From positions 109,802,001-109,866,000 of the forward strand of contig OX597819.1 of the NCBI GenBank assembly GCA_951406725.2: a stretch of 64,000 bases of DNA, given 5' to 3'. Position numbers and translations under genes: made by a program. The DNA comes from Octopus vulgaris. Taxonomy: Eukaryota. Below, piece after piece: positions 14,117 to 64,000 of this stretch (positions are counted from its first letter, which is position 1; every line of letters begins with the position of its first letter). The notes beneath the pieces are model-generated. The model saw only the letters and a program-made list of their open reading frames with translations, did no database searches and was not told the origin of the DNA.

Positions 14117-15735
14117 AACACACACACATATATATAAACTTGTTACCTGTTCAAATATACTTAAGGTATATTCGAACCCGTAGGAAAGTTATTCATTGTA
14201 TTTTGTCATGTAGAAAACTTCCTGCTGTTGATAGATAGGTAGAGGTATATCCTTGAATATTATGTACGACTCTTATCTTCTCTTTCCTTCCTCGCCTTTC
14301 GTCCTCGTTCCTTGTTTTCTCTCTCTCTCTCTCTGCCTCTCTCTTCCCCTTCGTCTGTACTCCCGCTCGGTCTGTTAAGACTGTCCATTTCTCCTTTGCG
14401 CCAGCCTACTGCGTTCATCTGATAGCCGAAAGATCCTTTCTGTTATTTATTTATGTTGTAATTGTACAATTATTTTCACTTTGTTGTATAGCCGAAAGGC
14501 GTTTGTCTATTGTATATGTATAATTCTTTTTCTGTTTCCCTTCTATTATTATTTAATCACGTTCGTCTAATAGACAAAGGACCCTTTCTGTTATAAATTT
14601 ATTTGTAAATGTACAATTATTTTCGCTTTGTTGTATAGCCGAAAGGCATTCATCTGTTGTATGTGTATAATTCTTGCTTTCTTGTTTTTGTTTTCCTTCT
14701 TGTATACATTCGTTTGCTTTTCCCAGAAGCTTAATGGTTTTAGCTTAATGCTCTGGCGATTTCCGGATTCGAGCCGTCTCGCGGGTAAAAAAGCGCGAAA
14801 CTGCAATGACTTTCCGGACACTGACTGACGAGGAAATCGGCTGTGAATCGTCCACGTATCTTGTTTCTGTCCAGTTTCCCATCTAGTTTTCCGTATGTTG
14901 TTTTGGTTGGATTACCGCTCGTTGTATTCATCCTGTCCGACCCTTGAGTTATATATATATAATTGATATATGCATGTGTGGTGTATATGAATATATACAT
15001 ATGTAAATATATATGTATATATTTACATATAAACATATAAACACACATACATATATGCACACACACATGTAAGTATTACCGACCGCACATCTTCAATGTA
15101 TGTATTTTATTTGTTCGCCGGTTCTGTGGCATAACGCTTAGGGTTCAACTCCCGCATAGTGCTGGGTGTTAAAACACCTGAAAGTCATAACAGGTGAGAC
15201 AACTCGCCTCTGATCGAATTCAGGAGTGGTAGATATCGATATTCCACCATTTCTGTTGCTTATCAATACCACGTATCTGAATCGAATCTCGGACAAATCG
15301 GATCGCCAGTCCGTGATGATATATAAACAGTGTAAAAACTATTCGCTGGTATTCCACGGCGATGATTATACAAGATTAAATTCAATAAGGAATTAAAAGC
15401 AGCGCTAATGTTGTAAATATCGACCGCACATAATCTCCCAAGCGCTATGCCGCAACGAACCGGCAAACAAACAAAACACTTAGATTATCTGCGGTCGATA
15501 ACGTTTACAAAAGTTGCGCTGCTTTTAATTCGCTATTGAATATACATTTATATATGTATATAAATTGTATTTAAAGCAGGACAATATAATTAAAGTACAT
15601 CTTTTGAATCTGCGTTGACCTTTATGGTTGTAAGAATTGTGAATGGAATTGAATAGTTTTTGACAAACAATTTTATTAATGTGATACAGAGATGTCTGCC
15701 AAAAGACTCAGCTGAAACTTTGGATTTTATGACAA

Positions 15736-15807
<72 letters not shown>

Positions 15808-15894
15808 GTAGATATTCTTGGGAAATATTTTGTACGTGTAGAAAATCTCTAAGAAGAGTCGTTCGGACATTATGACTAAATGTGAGTGGTTATA

Positions 15895-16420
15895 GGCGGC
15901 GAGCTGGCAAAAACGTTAGCACGCCGGGCGAAAAGCGTAGCCGTATTTCGTCTGCCGTTACGCACAGTTACGCACTGGGGTCGATATAATCGACTTAATC
16001 CGTTTCTCTGTCCTTGTTTGTCCTTTCTGTGTTTAGCCTCTTGTGGGTAGTAAAGAAATAGGTATATCGTCTGTCGTTACGTTGTGAGTTCAAATTCCGC
16101 CGAGGTCGACTTTGCCTTTCATCCTTTCGGGGTCGATTAAATAAGTACCAGTTACGCACTGGGGTCGATATGATCGACTTGATATGTTTGTCTGTCCTTG
16201 TTTGTCCTGTGTTTAGCCCCTTGTGGGTAGTAAAGAAATAGGTATTTCGTCTGCTGCTACGTTCTGAGTTCAAATTCCGCCGAGGTCGACTTTGCCTTTC
16301 ATCCTTTCGGGTTCGATAAATTAAGTACAAGTTACGCACTGGGGTTGATGTAATCGACTTAATTCCTTTGTCCTTGTGTGCTCCCTCTATGTTTAGCCCC
16401 TTGTGGGCAATAAAGAAATT
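15895..16420 (+). mobile_element. SINE family B with a tandemly repeated ~180-bp body
   Basis: Head GGCGGCGAGCTGGCA, B box GAGTTCAAATTC, core GCCTTTCATCCTTTCGGGGTCGATAAA; tail repeated three times. Confidence 0.85.
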
Positions 16421-16689
16421 TTAAAAAAATGCAACACTTAACATTTTATTCGTTTACATGTATTTGAGGGCGTGATAATGCGCGATGTATATTGCATTTT
16501 GGTCATAAAGTGACTTAACGCCGTTATAATAACCAACTTATTACAACAAGCCTCATTCAAGGATAAGCGTTATAAAAGCCAGTTTCTGCTTCCGAATAGA
16601 CTTTGATTATTGTTGTAGAAAGATTCTGACCATCCCAAGTAACTAAACGTGGACGGACACATTTCTATTAGACAACTGTTGAGTTCATT

Positions 16690-18445
16690 GACAAGCAGTT
16701 CACTGTGAGATGTCGTTGTGTTTGAGTTGAAGGTGTGTTCGCTCCACGTGAGTTTTGTTGTATTGCATTGTTAATTTACTGAATTCTTGGACTGTTATTA
16801 ACTGGAATTGTTGAAATTGTTGTTGTTAACTGGCTTTATTTTTATTTCCCTATTTATGGGTGAAGTTATGAATAATACCGTCATAGAAAGTAAACCAGCG
16901 GGAAGTTACGCTGTGGTGACCGGCAAAGGACTGTCTGTAGAGGTACTGCAGGTTCATGAAATCGAATTAAAGGAGAAGAATTATAAAAAAATATAACGGT
17001 TTGCTGAAGAAGGAGGGGGCAGCCTTAGGTTGACGCCCCCCAAAGAAATACTTGAAAAAAGAAACGGAAAAAGGACAATTATTCATAGGACGTTGAATGT
17101 GTTGAATGTGACAACGAAAAAAGTTGAAGTAGCAGAGGAGTAAACAGTAGAGGAATGTCTACGAGAGATAAAGGATATTACGACATTTTACACGGGGGGG
17201 AGGGGGGATACAGCATAGTGGAGGTATAAGCGAAGAAGAAGCGAGGAAGCACTCCATGAGCTTTTGAGATCAGCCGATCTTACTGTGGCAAACGTGCGGC
17301 CAGATTAAGAAGAGGTAGTATGCCCCCAGAAATTGATGAGACGTGGCTGGTGGCAGCCATCCTCTATAACACAGAGGAGAATTCTCAGGTGTTGAAGATA
17401 TCGTGAACGACGGAAGAGAACTGATGGGGATTTGAACTGGTGTTGTCGGTCCATATCAGCCTGCCGGACCTCCAGAAAATTGCGGAAGAGCTGATGCTAC
17501 CAGATGAGACAAGAGTAAAAATCGTTGAAGGGAGACCTCCGGTATGTTATGTAGAGTAAGGGGAGACATGAAAGCAAAGTGTCCCCAGAAACACGAACAG
17601 GAGGAGGTGTAGAAGGAGCGTCAGGAAGAAGAGGGCGCAATTGCGGAGGTGGAGGAAATGGTGTAAAAATACACAGTTGTAGAAAGAAAGAGGAGTAACG
17701 TGGAATCTCCACCTAAAAACCCGAAGAAGAAAAGGAAAGGCAGAGGAGAACAAGAACAAGAAAAGACGGAATGAGGAGCCAAGTGAGGAACGAATACAAG
17801 GACTGTTGCCTTCAACTAGTAAGGAGGCAGAAGGACTGAGGAAAAAGAGACGTGAAAGTGAGAAGGAAGGACAAACAGAAACGGGAATACCAGCAACAAA
17901 GGTAGAGAGTGGTGAGGTACAGCAGAGAGAGCCCACGAAGGGAAAATATGAAAAAACTATGATTCGTTACAAAAAGAGTGTAGAGATAGAAAAGAAAATT
18001 TCAAAAAGGAAACGTGTAATAAGGGTTAAAATGGCTGACAGAGAGGAAAATCGAGATGAGAAAGCGGTGTAGTTGGAGGATGATAGAGCAGGAAGGTTGC
18101 GGGAAATATTTGGCGACAGGATAGTGATGACAGGAATTCAATTTCGTTACGATGAATTTCCATCAGTGGTAATATTTGACGATTTGATGGAACATTTGGT
18201 GTGACATTATGTTGATTTTAAACAAAAGGAAAACTAACAAGATACAAGGCTGATAAGTACACACTTTATTTAAAAAACAGTAAAATGGAGCTACCTGCTT
18301 TGGTGGGTAGGAAAGCCATTTCATTCTCATTTCATTTATATTCATAATTCATTCGTTATATGTTTTTATGTACCCCAATGTATTGTTTTGTCTGTCTTTG
18401 TGGTGTCCCCTCTTCATAAAGGCCATTGCCTAAATAAAAGAAACA
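16690..18445 (+). mobile_element. Decayed non-LTR retroelement (ORF1-like purine-rich remnant, internally deleted)
   Basis: Broken K/E/R-rich frames and a 3' tail (tgtctgtc...AATAAAAGAAA) resembling other LINE/SINE tails in the window. Confidence 0.35.
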
Positions 18446-18661
18446 AGGCAGTTCACTGTGAGCCGTTGGCAGTGAGCGTTCAACCTCGTTTAACTGTAAT
18501 AGTAGTGCGTCATGTGACTACTTTCTTTCCCTCTGTTTCGTTAAATTATATATCCAACACCAGGATATAAAAGGAGCTTTTGATTATGTAAAGTGCTCTT
18601 TCCTTGCGTTTTCCAAAGAAAGTTTTAGCTAATGTTGTCGAAGAAATTTTCCTGGGAGTAG

Positions 18662-18721
<60 letters not shown>

Positions 18722-18855
18722 GCTGATATATGACCTACATTGGACTCCTCATTCGCATAATCCCCGAACCTGGACCTTAACTATAGTCTGTTCATAGCAC
18801 TTACTCAGCATTACCTGACACCTTTGGGTCTTATTGACACCATTACCTCTCATAA

Positions 18856-18920
<65 letters not shown>

Positions 18921-19262
18921 TGAATTCTATGTATTATATTAATGAATGCAGCAGTATAATTTTTACTCGTAAACATCGATCACTAAATCTATTCTGAAAA
19001 TACTAACAACAACCCTTGCTAATTCTGTGGTTCGGCCAAAATAGCCCTATTGAATACTGCCGGTCAAATGACCATGCTTAAATTCCTCATTCTTCTCACT
19101 CCATTATGTTTTTTACTATTTTCCTTCTTTTATAATTAATTTCTCTCTACATTTATATTCGCCACCCCAACTATGCTCTCTACACATTCAGATTGAATCT
19201 TCCATGTGTTAACATGTACTTCCTTGCGACAACGTAAACTATTGCTTAATCAACATATCCTT

Positions 19263-19344
19263 GGCCTGAAGAGTAGCCTGCGGTATACACCTCGCTTGGA
19301 TATTTACCACTTCCGAGGTTCTACTTGTTATGAAACATGCAGCC
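19263..19344 (+). ncRNA. Degenerate hammerhead ribozyme
   Basis: GGC-CUGAAGA-GUAG...CUAC..GAAAC-AU-GCA-GCC; the cleavage-site U is mutated. Confidence 0.4.
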
Positions 19345-19372
19345 CGGATCTTATCTACTCCATTTCTCAACT

Positions 19373-19413
<41 letters not shown>

Positions 19414-19541
19414 CCTCAGGATTACCCAATACTATCTGGTAGCATTATTATATACTTCCAAGTTTACGTTTGGGCATTTGTTGTATGTGAATATAAATTT
19501 GAAGAAATTAGAGCCAACATGAAGGAGTAAAGTTATTTTTA

Positions 19542-19646
19542 ATCACTACAATTGTTTCCACACAATGCAGTTCTCCAAAAATACAGGTATTTGATTATGC
19601 AACTGTTTGTTTGCATAATGAGATCTAGTGTGTTTTTTCAGGTGAT
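19542..19646 (-). ncRNA. Degenerate hammerhead ribozyme with very long stem II
   Basis: AUCAC-CUGAAAA-..CACAC...GUGUG-GAAAC-AAUU-GUA-GUGAU; the partial inverted copy at ~19970 has CCGAGGA. Confidence 0.55.
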
Positions 19647-20055
19647 ATTCAAGTGTTGTCTCCGTTAGTTTAAAATCTGCGACTTCAAGGCCACCCCATC
19701 CGTCCGTCTTGGTTTGAGTTTAGTAGTAGCTGGTAGGTTAATGGTGTTTGCTGCCAACGTGCGTTTAAAATTTTAGCTAATGAAATTCACATGTGCAACC
19801 AACCATGAAAAAAGGTAAGCGATCAGCCGGTACCAAAATAGCCATCCGCTCCCACTCATAGCAGTCCACCAAATGCACTCTGGCAGCAAACAATATGAAT
19901 CTACCAAGATGGATGGATGGGATGGCCTTATAGTCGCAGATATTAAACCAACGAAAACAAAACTTAAGTATCACCCGAGGAAACACAACTAGATCTCATT
20001 AAGCAAAAAATATAACTGTCCAACCGTACTGGTTCTTGTTTATTTCAATTTATGC

Positions 20056-20127
<72 letters not shown>

Positions 20128-20325
20128 GTATGTATGTATGCATCGACGCAGGCGTGGCTGTGTGGTAAGAAGTTTGCTTCCCAACCACATAGTTCCAGGT
20201 TTAGTCCTACTGCGTGGCACCTTGCGCAGTGTCTTAGTCTCGGGCCGACCTCGGGCCGCGCGTGTGTATTTTACTTTTTCTGAACTATTCTTTGTAGATT
20301 ATTCATCGCTCACTTCTCTTTAGAG

Positions 20326-20541
20326 CAGGGGTGGGCAAACTACGGCCCGCGGGCCGCATGCGGCCCGCTATAGGTTTTCATGCGGCCCGCCGAGAGCTTT
20401 TATGAATCCCAACTTCTATGCAGATACTTCGTAACTGTACGGTAATTCACAATATTTTCACTTGATTTTTATAAATGAGGCCCGCCAAGATTCCAAAGAC
20501 GCACTGTGCGGCCCGCGATCAAAAAAGTTTGCCCACCCCTG
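20326..20541. mobile_element. hAT-type MITE
   Basis: 16-bp TIR CAGGGGTGGGCAAACT; 8-bp TSD CTTTAGAG at 20318-20325 and 20542-20549. Confidence 0.92.
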
Positions 20542-20933
20542 CTTTAGAGCCTTCCTTATTGGAACACTCTTTCATTGAATCATTCTAACCTATTGGATCA
20601 CTCTGCTGGAACACACAGCTCTACTTTCTCTTTTCTTTCTCTCTCTCTCTCTCTCTCTCTCTTTTCTTCTTCTGACTCTAGCAAACAGCTGTTATCCCAT
20701 CCTGTCTATGATTGTTCAGCAATTTCTATGTGACTTAAGTTTTCTCCTCTCTTTTACAGCCAGAGTAAGTAGTTAATGCTCCTTACCTAATTTCACTTTT
20801 CTAAAGAAACAACTACACGCTACTCAAACTCCGGAATACCCGTCCACTGGACCTGGATAAACTATAGCACTCAATGCTTGCATTGAACACTTCTTCCTCC
20901 GATCGTTACTTATTCACAGAAGTGTGTGTGTGT

Positions 20934-20975
<42 letters not shown>

Positions 20976-21029
20976 TGTGTGCGTGCGTATACATACATAT
21001 ATACATGCATATATATTTACATATATATG

Positions 21030-21565
21030 TTTACGAAGACCCAATTTACGAGGCACCGGGTTTACGAGTTTAATTTTATAATAAATTTTTCAAGTTCAAG
21101 ATTCAAATTTTGAATGAAGTGAAATAGTTTCTGCTACCATAACGAATGCTTCTGCGTGTTACCGAGAAATTCATAGAGAGCGAAAAAATCTTCTTCTAAG
21201 CAAGACTTCCAGACTTGGTTTTTATAAAGAACTCTACAAGTCTGTCTACGAGTGCTTCTGAATCGGTGATCGATTCTACAAGTGATGGTGTGCGCGAGTC
21301 TAATTCGAGTGAAAGTGATTCAGAAATCGATTATGATAATAATATTTTTTTTATTATAAAGGATCTTGACATTCTTTTTCACTTTACATAAAATATTGTT
21401 TACATTCTACAGTTGTTTTATTGTCATTTATTTACGAGCATTATAAATTTTATAGGTAAAATATGTTTCAGGAAACGAGAATTATGATTTATAACATGGC
21501 TACGAGTTTTAGTTTAACTCGCAGTCTACTGGAACGAATTAACACGTATATCGAGACATTACTGC

Positions 21566-21566
<1 letters not shown>
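21030..21566. mobile_element. Decayed Tigger/pogo-like DNA transposon remnant
   Basis: Right end reverse complement CAGTAATGTCTCGATATACG resembles pogo-type TIRs; left TIR not clear. Confidence 0.3.
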
Positions 21567-21636
<70 letters not shown>

Positions 21637-21728
21637 CCTATATATGTATATATACCTATATAAATATATATATACCTATATATGTATATATACCTATATA
21701 TATATATATACCTATATATGTATATATA

Positions 21729-21928
<200 letters not shown>

Positions 21929-22095
21929 TATATATATACAGACACACACACATTCATACTTATGTGCATATGTGTGAGAGTGAAATTGTGTGTGTGAATG
22001 TTTGCTTTGGTCGGTCTGTGTGTATGTATTTATGTGTGTATGTGTGTGTGTATGTATGTGCGTGCATGAAAGGACGTCTGCATGTAAGGTATATA

Positions 22096-59034
<36,939 letters not shown>

Positions 59035-59151
59035 AATTTATTTAATTACATTATCTTACACGTGTTTCTGTGAAGATTAAGGCTGAATTATGCAATCTGG
59101 ACCAGGTAAGGTTTCTAGACCTACACTTCGTCAAAGATTCTGTATGATTCT

Positions 59152-59292
59152 GAACTTACCTGGCACTAATTGCATAGTTCGGTCATAATCTTCAAGACAT
59201 AATTAGATAATTCATGAACCAATATCACCGATCTCTTGCTTTTTATATAGATGTACTCTGTGATCTTTCTAACTACTGAGATAAGTAAAAGG
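59152..59292 (+). pseudogene. Decayed inverted copy of CA exon 1 and its upstream region
   Basis: Imperfect reverse complement of 58948-59112. Reads ATG AAC CAA ... ACT GAG ATA AGT AAA (MNQ...TEISK versus MNQ...TEMSK) with a frameshift and a stop. Confidence 0.55.
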
Positions 59293-59404
59293 AAAATTGG
59301 ACTGTAACGCACCAGTTCTTTTCGCATTTTTCTCTTTTGTTATATATTGATGCACATGGAGATCTAAATACTGGTTATATGTCATGCAACTTAAATAGCA
59401 GTAT

Positions 59405-59808
59405 ACTCTTTTACTATTTTACTCGTTTACTTGTTTCAGTCATTTGACTGCGGCCATGCTGGAGCACCGCCTTTAATCGAGCAACTCGACCCCGGGACTT
59501 ATTCTTTGTAAGCCCAGTACTTATTCTATCGGTCTCTTTTGCCGAACCGCTAAGTGACGGGGGCATAAACACACCAGCATCGGTTGTCAAGCAATGCTAG
59601 GGGGACAAACACAAACATACACGCACATACACATATACATATATACGACGGGCTTCTTTCAGTTTCCGTCTACCAAATCCACTCACAAGGCTTTGGTCAG
59701 CCCGAGGCTATAGTAGAAGACACTTTCCCAAGGGCCACGCAGTGGGATGAAACCGGAACCACGTAATTGGTAAACAAGCTACTTACCACACTGCCACTCC
59801 TGCGCCTA
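59405..59808 (-). mobile_element. SINE family A (partial copies at 60000-60230, 63100-63270 and 20145-20260)
   Basis: Full-length match. Confidence 0.85.
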
Positions 59809-60639
59809 TATAAAGTGTTCAACTTTCAACATACACACACACACACACGCACACACGCACACACACATACACACACACACACACGCACGCACGCACACAC
59901 ACACACACAAATATGCGCGCGCGCATTTTCTTATTGTTTTACAAATGAAAGAGTACTCTGCATAGATATAGTATATAATTATTCATTAATATGTTATGTC
60001 TCTTTTACTCTTTTACTCTTTTATTTGTTTCAGTCATTTGACTGTGGCCATGCTGGAGCACCGCCTTTGGTCGAGCAAATCGACCTCAAGACTTATTCTT
60101 TGTAAGCCTAGTACTTATTCTATCGGTCTTTGTTGCCGATCCGCTAGGTTACGGAGACGTAAATACACCAGCATCGGTTGTCAGGCGATGTTGGGGGGAG
60201 AGGACAAACACAGACACACAAGCATATACACACACGTATATGTCTAAGGAGAGTATTCATTAATACCAAACTGGTAAATCATTTCGTCGCTAATTGTTAC
60301 TCGGAGTTTACCCACTGAGATGTGATTTTTGAAGCAACAAAATAAAACAAAACAAAAGCATATCGTTTTGGAGCCCACTTCATGTCATTTGAAAGATTGA
60401 ACTAGATTTTGAATCTTTAAGTATGGCTTTTATATAAGCATTTAGACCTAGACTTAGAACTCATAAGGCCGAAGCCTAACTCGGTTTCCCTGGGGTATAG
60501 GTAACCGAGGTTGCAACACTGTGCCCCACCACGGAATGGAACGCCGGTTCGGCGAAGGGTGAACTTCCCAGCTATTACTGGAACTCATGTACGTCTAAGT
60601 GGACCGGAACAATGTGAAATGAAGAGATGATCGCGATGA

Positions 60640-60712
60640 TACCTGGTTGATCCTGCCAGTAGTCATATGCTTGTCTCAAAGCTTAAGCCATGCAAGTGTA
60701 AATTCATGCCGT
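60640..60712 (+). rRNA. 18S rRNA 5'-end fragment (pseudogene, ~70 nt)
   Basis: TACCTGGTTGATCCTGCCAGTAGTCATATGCTTGTCTCAAAG.TTAAGCCATGCA is the universal eukaryotic SSU 5' terminus; no further rRNA follows. Confidence 0.93.
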
Positions 60713-60919
60713 AAACGAATGTTCAAAAACACAACACATCGCTCGGTCCAAGAGTAGAAATCACGTGCGAGTTCAACACCCTAACTACATGTATTTTAAC
60801 ATTAAAACATATGACAGTAACGAGCGAAGAAGATGGTTTATTAAAAGCTGACAGAGGAACAGAAGTGAAGGTGTAGGATTTGATGAAAAAGGAGTAACAG
60901 TTAGGCTGAAACGAAAGCA

Positions 60920-61620
60920 AAAATATTCGCTCTTATAGCTGTTGAGTCTGTTTGATCATAATCTTGACATGCATAAGCAGCAGCATATTGGTATATCTAC
61001 GAAGAATATTGCTATAAGACGCAGGAAGACATTTTTCGAGTCCTACGGGAAACTGATATGTCCGTTACAAATATTAAATAGCTACATACTATTTTGACCG
61101 CTGAGACCTAAAGTAACAATTTGATAGCGATAAATTCATGTTTAGAACATATAAAAGCAAACAGCAAACCGTCATCTCAACAATATTGTGGATGATCTGT
61201 TTGATCTGATCAGGATTATTCGATTTAAGAATTACGTTATCGGGAATTTCGAAAGAAGATTAATAGTGTTTGTGAATCTAATAAAATCCAGGTGCATTCC
61301 GATAAAACTGCCAACCTATACCTGATAAACTACGCAACACAAATCAGCTTTATTTTAAACAACAATCTCGCCTAAGATTTTCGTAAAACAAGATGGAGCG
61401 CCTTGAACGGTATAAACCATTCAGGTGCAACAACTACTGCATAATTTGGAACACAGGATCGAATTGAGCTCCTTGTCACTAAGCAACCGAATAATGACAA
61501 CGTCAATAGAAATCAATCCATCACGTAGATCAACCCAAGAAAGGGCGATATAAATCGATTGTTAAATTATCTTAGATAAGATAATATTTTCTTTCATATA
61601 ATGATAACATAATCTATTCA
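60920..61620 (+). pseudogene. Highly decayed PLE ORF (region upstream of the RT core)
   Basis: Fragments VDDLFDLIRIIRFKN, VHSDKTANLYLI and INPRKGDI resemble PLE ORF motifs. Confidence 0.45.
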
Positions 61621-62604
61621 TGTTTTCCAGTAACTCACAATTTTAACACAAAACGCCTAGTTTTAACTGGAGGCCTCGATTAGCTATTGTATACTTTGAT
61701 TTATTATTAGCTTCTTTCTTATTTAGCTGCAGATAAAACCATTCTGAGTTTTCATCCGATTATCATCGGGCAATTACGTTGTATTTAAGAAATATTTTGG
61801 TCTCTCATAGCTTAGTACAACAACTAGCAGTTCCTCAAGTTCTATACTAAGCTTACAACCGTACAAATTTTGCGAGTTTTACCTCCCAAGGCATGAATTA
61901 TTCTATTTTAAACCATTCTTTGTCCTTATAAAGGTAGTAAGTAAATCTAAGGGAGAGGTGAATAGTAAAAAGTCTTTAGATAAGAAGTCCCCTACCCTCA
62001 TGGAATGTTTTGGCCCTTAACTTCATGGGTGTTGTAACCTGTTTAGTCAGAGACGTTGTTTACCGTAGGCTACATTATGCCTTCGGAATAGATATTTAAT
62101 TTCAGTTTATCGACTGAACGGAAATCTGTCACGAATTTTTAATTAAATTATATTAGGAGTTCCGCTGCCAACATTGTGAATATAATCTTTGATATAATAT
62201 TGGTTACAAATTTTGGCAGAAGGTCAGAAATTCCGGGTGTTGGTAGTGGCGTTTAGTCAATTATATCGACCCCCGTGTGCAACTGATACTTAATTCATTG
62301 ACCCTAGTGTTCAGTTGGTACTTATTTAATCGACTTTCGAAGGACGAAAAGCATAGTCGGCTTCGGAGGAATTTGAATTCAGAGCGTAAAGACGGATAAA
62401 ATGCCGCTGAACATTTTGTCCGGCGTTCTAACGATTTCGCCATCTCGCCACCATAGATCTTTGGTATAATATTGGAAACTCTAACCTCCCCATTGCTTTA
62501 AAAAAAGTCTCTCCAGATTTTCCTTGGTTATTTGACCATTCTAACGTAACGTCAGATTTACTTGGGACTTTTGCCTGTGATCACCTGCTATATTTGTTAT
62601 TTCT

Positions 62605-63013
62605 TTTATTGCCCACAGGAGCTAAACATAGAGGGACCAAACAAGGACAGACAAAGGGATTAAGTCGATTACATCGATCCCAGTACGTAACTGGTACTTA
62701 ATTTATCGACTCCAAAAGGATGAAAGGCAAAGTCGACCTCAGCGGAATTTGAACTCAGAGCATAAAGACAGACGAAATACCTATTTCTTTACTAGAGACA
62801 ACGGGGTAAACACAGAGGGGACAAACAAGCACAGACGGACGGATTAAGTCGATTATATCGACCCCAGTGCGTAACTGGTACTTATTTAATCGACTCCGAA
62901 AGGATGAAAGGCAAAGTCGACCTCGGCGGAATTTGAACTCAGAACGTAGCGGCAGGCAAGATACCGCTAAGCATTTTACCCGGCATGCTAACCAATTTAC
63001 CAGCTTGCCACCT
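62605..63013 (-). mobile_element. SINE family B tandem dimer (older copies at 62220-62450, 45240-45445 and 37095-37185)
   Basis: Reverse complement of the 15895 array. Confidence 0.8.
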
Positions 63014-63363
63014 TACTAACACTATACTAACGACACTATTCTCTTAATCTTTCAGTTGTCTATTCTGATTAACATTTATATTAATTTATCCTTCTTTCTA
63101 ATCTTTTACTATTTTGACTGCTGCCATGCCTGGGTACCTCTTTAAAGGGTTTAGTCAAACAAATTCACCAGAGTACTTACCTTTTTAAATCTGGTACATA
63201 TTTTACATATCCCTTTTGCCGAACCGTTAAGTTATGTGGATTAAACAAACCAAAACCGGCTATCAGGTCACTACCTGATATTAATGTGTGTATATGGTGG
63301 GGGAAAGACGCAACACAAAGACACATAACACAAGATCAAACACGCACACACCATGCATATCTA

Positions 63364-63450
<87 letters not shown>

Positions 63451-63451
<1 letters not shown>

Positions 63452-63947
63452 AACTTCTTCAAGTATCACTTGAAAAGGAAAGTGAGAGTAGAGAGGCAAG
63501 TTTTGTCTAGCGAATGTTTTAAAAATAGATGGGTGAATGTAGCAAGGATGGCACGTATGAATGACGAAGCCACCTTGAGCATAATCCTATGAACCCGGAA
63601 ATTTAATACAGAGGGTTATCTACTTGTAAACAAATGTGGTAACATATAACAATATTGACCGAGGTTACCGTGTTCTTTTCCGTAGGCTTTTCTTCCCACG
63701 GATAAACCTTATCTGCTTCCTCCTTTACACCTTACATCATGACACAGTGATACACGATCCCTATTGATCGTTTTATTCTTTTGTTTCTTTTCCTTTTTCT
63801 TTTTTTTCCTTTCTTTTTCTTTCCCTTTTACGATCCCTTTTGATCGAAAACCTACCCCGCCTTTTTTTTTCTTTCCTCAAAAAAGAAAAGCTCTACTTTG
63901 TAATCTGTCCCGTCTGTGTGCAGCTCTGTGTGGCTAATAAAGAAACA
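63451..63947 (+). mobile_element. 5'-truncated L1/Tx1-like LINE 3' end inserted in (TCTA)n
   Basis: ORF end NFFKYHLKRKVRVERQVLSSECFKNRW...*; 3' UTR ending AATAAAGAAA; TCTA repeats on both sides. Confidence 0.5.
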
Positions 63948-64000
63948 TATTTATCTATCTACACACTCACACACACACACACACACAAACACACACACGC

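Noticed and set aside
14591-14821. ORF with QFRAFL...KPL as a candidate CA last exon
   Set aside because: Lacks the NFR motif; 22096-22320 fits far better.
60640-60712. Functional rDNA locus
   Set aside because: Only ~70 nt of 18S, with no continuation.

Overview
AT-rich, repeat-dense eukaryotic DNA. The SINE repertoire and microsatellite density suggest an octopus or other coleoid (inference). One intact multi-exon gene was reconstructed by hand on the minus strand: an alpha-carbonic anhydrase at 22096-59034 with 8 phase-compatible exons and 322 aa, a putative signal peptide, an intact Zn-binding His triad and a GPI-type hydrophobic tail. The rest is mostly mobile DNA: Penelope-like retroelements (PLEs) forming large inverted repeats inside (TA)n tracts, three tRNA-derived SINE families, CR1-like and Tx1-like LINE 3' ends, Helitrons, mariner, hAT and Merlin-type elements, a four-copy decayed ~1 kb repeat and an 18S rRNA 5' fragment. 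The strongest hidden signal is about 19 minimal type-I hammerhead ribozyme (HHR) motifs from many unrelated families. Seven have fully canonical cores and most have a palindromic helix III. Several lie sense to the CA pre-mRNA. Nearly all ORFs in the supplied track are microsatellite artefacts. All folds and alignments were done by eye and repeat boundaries are approximate.
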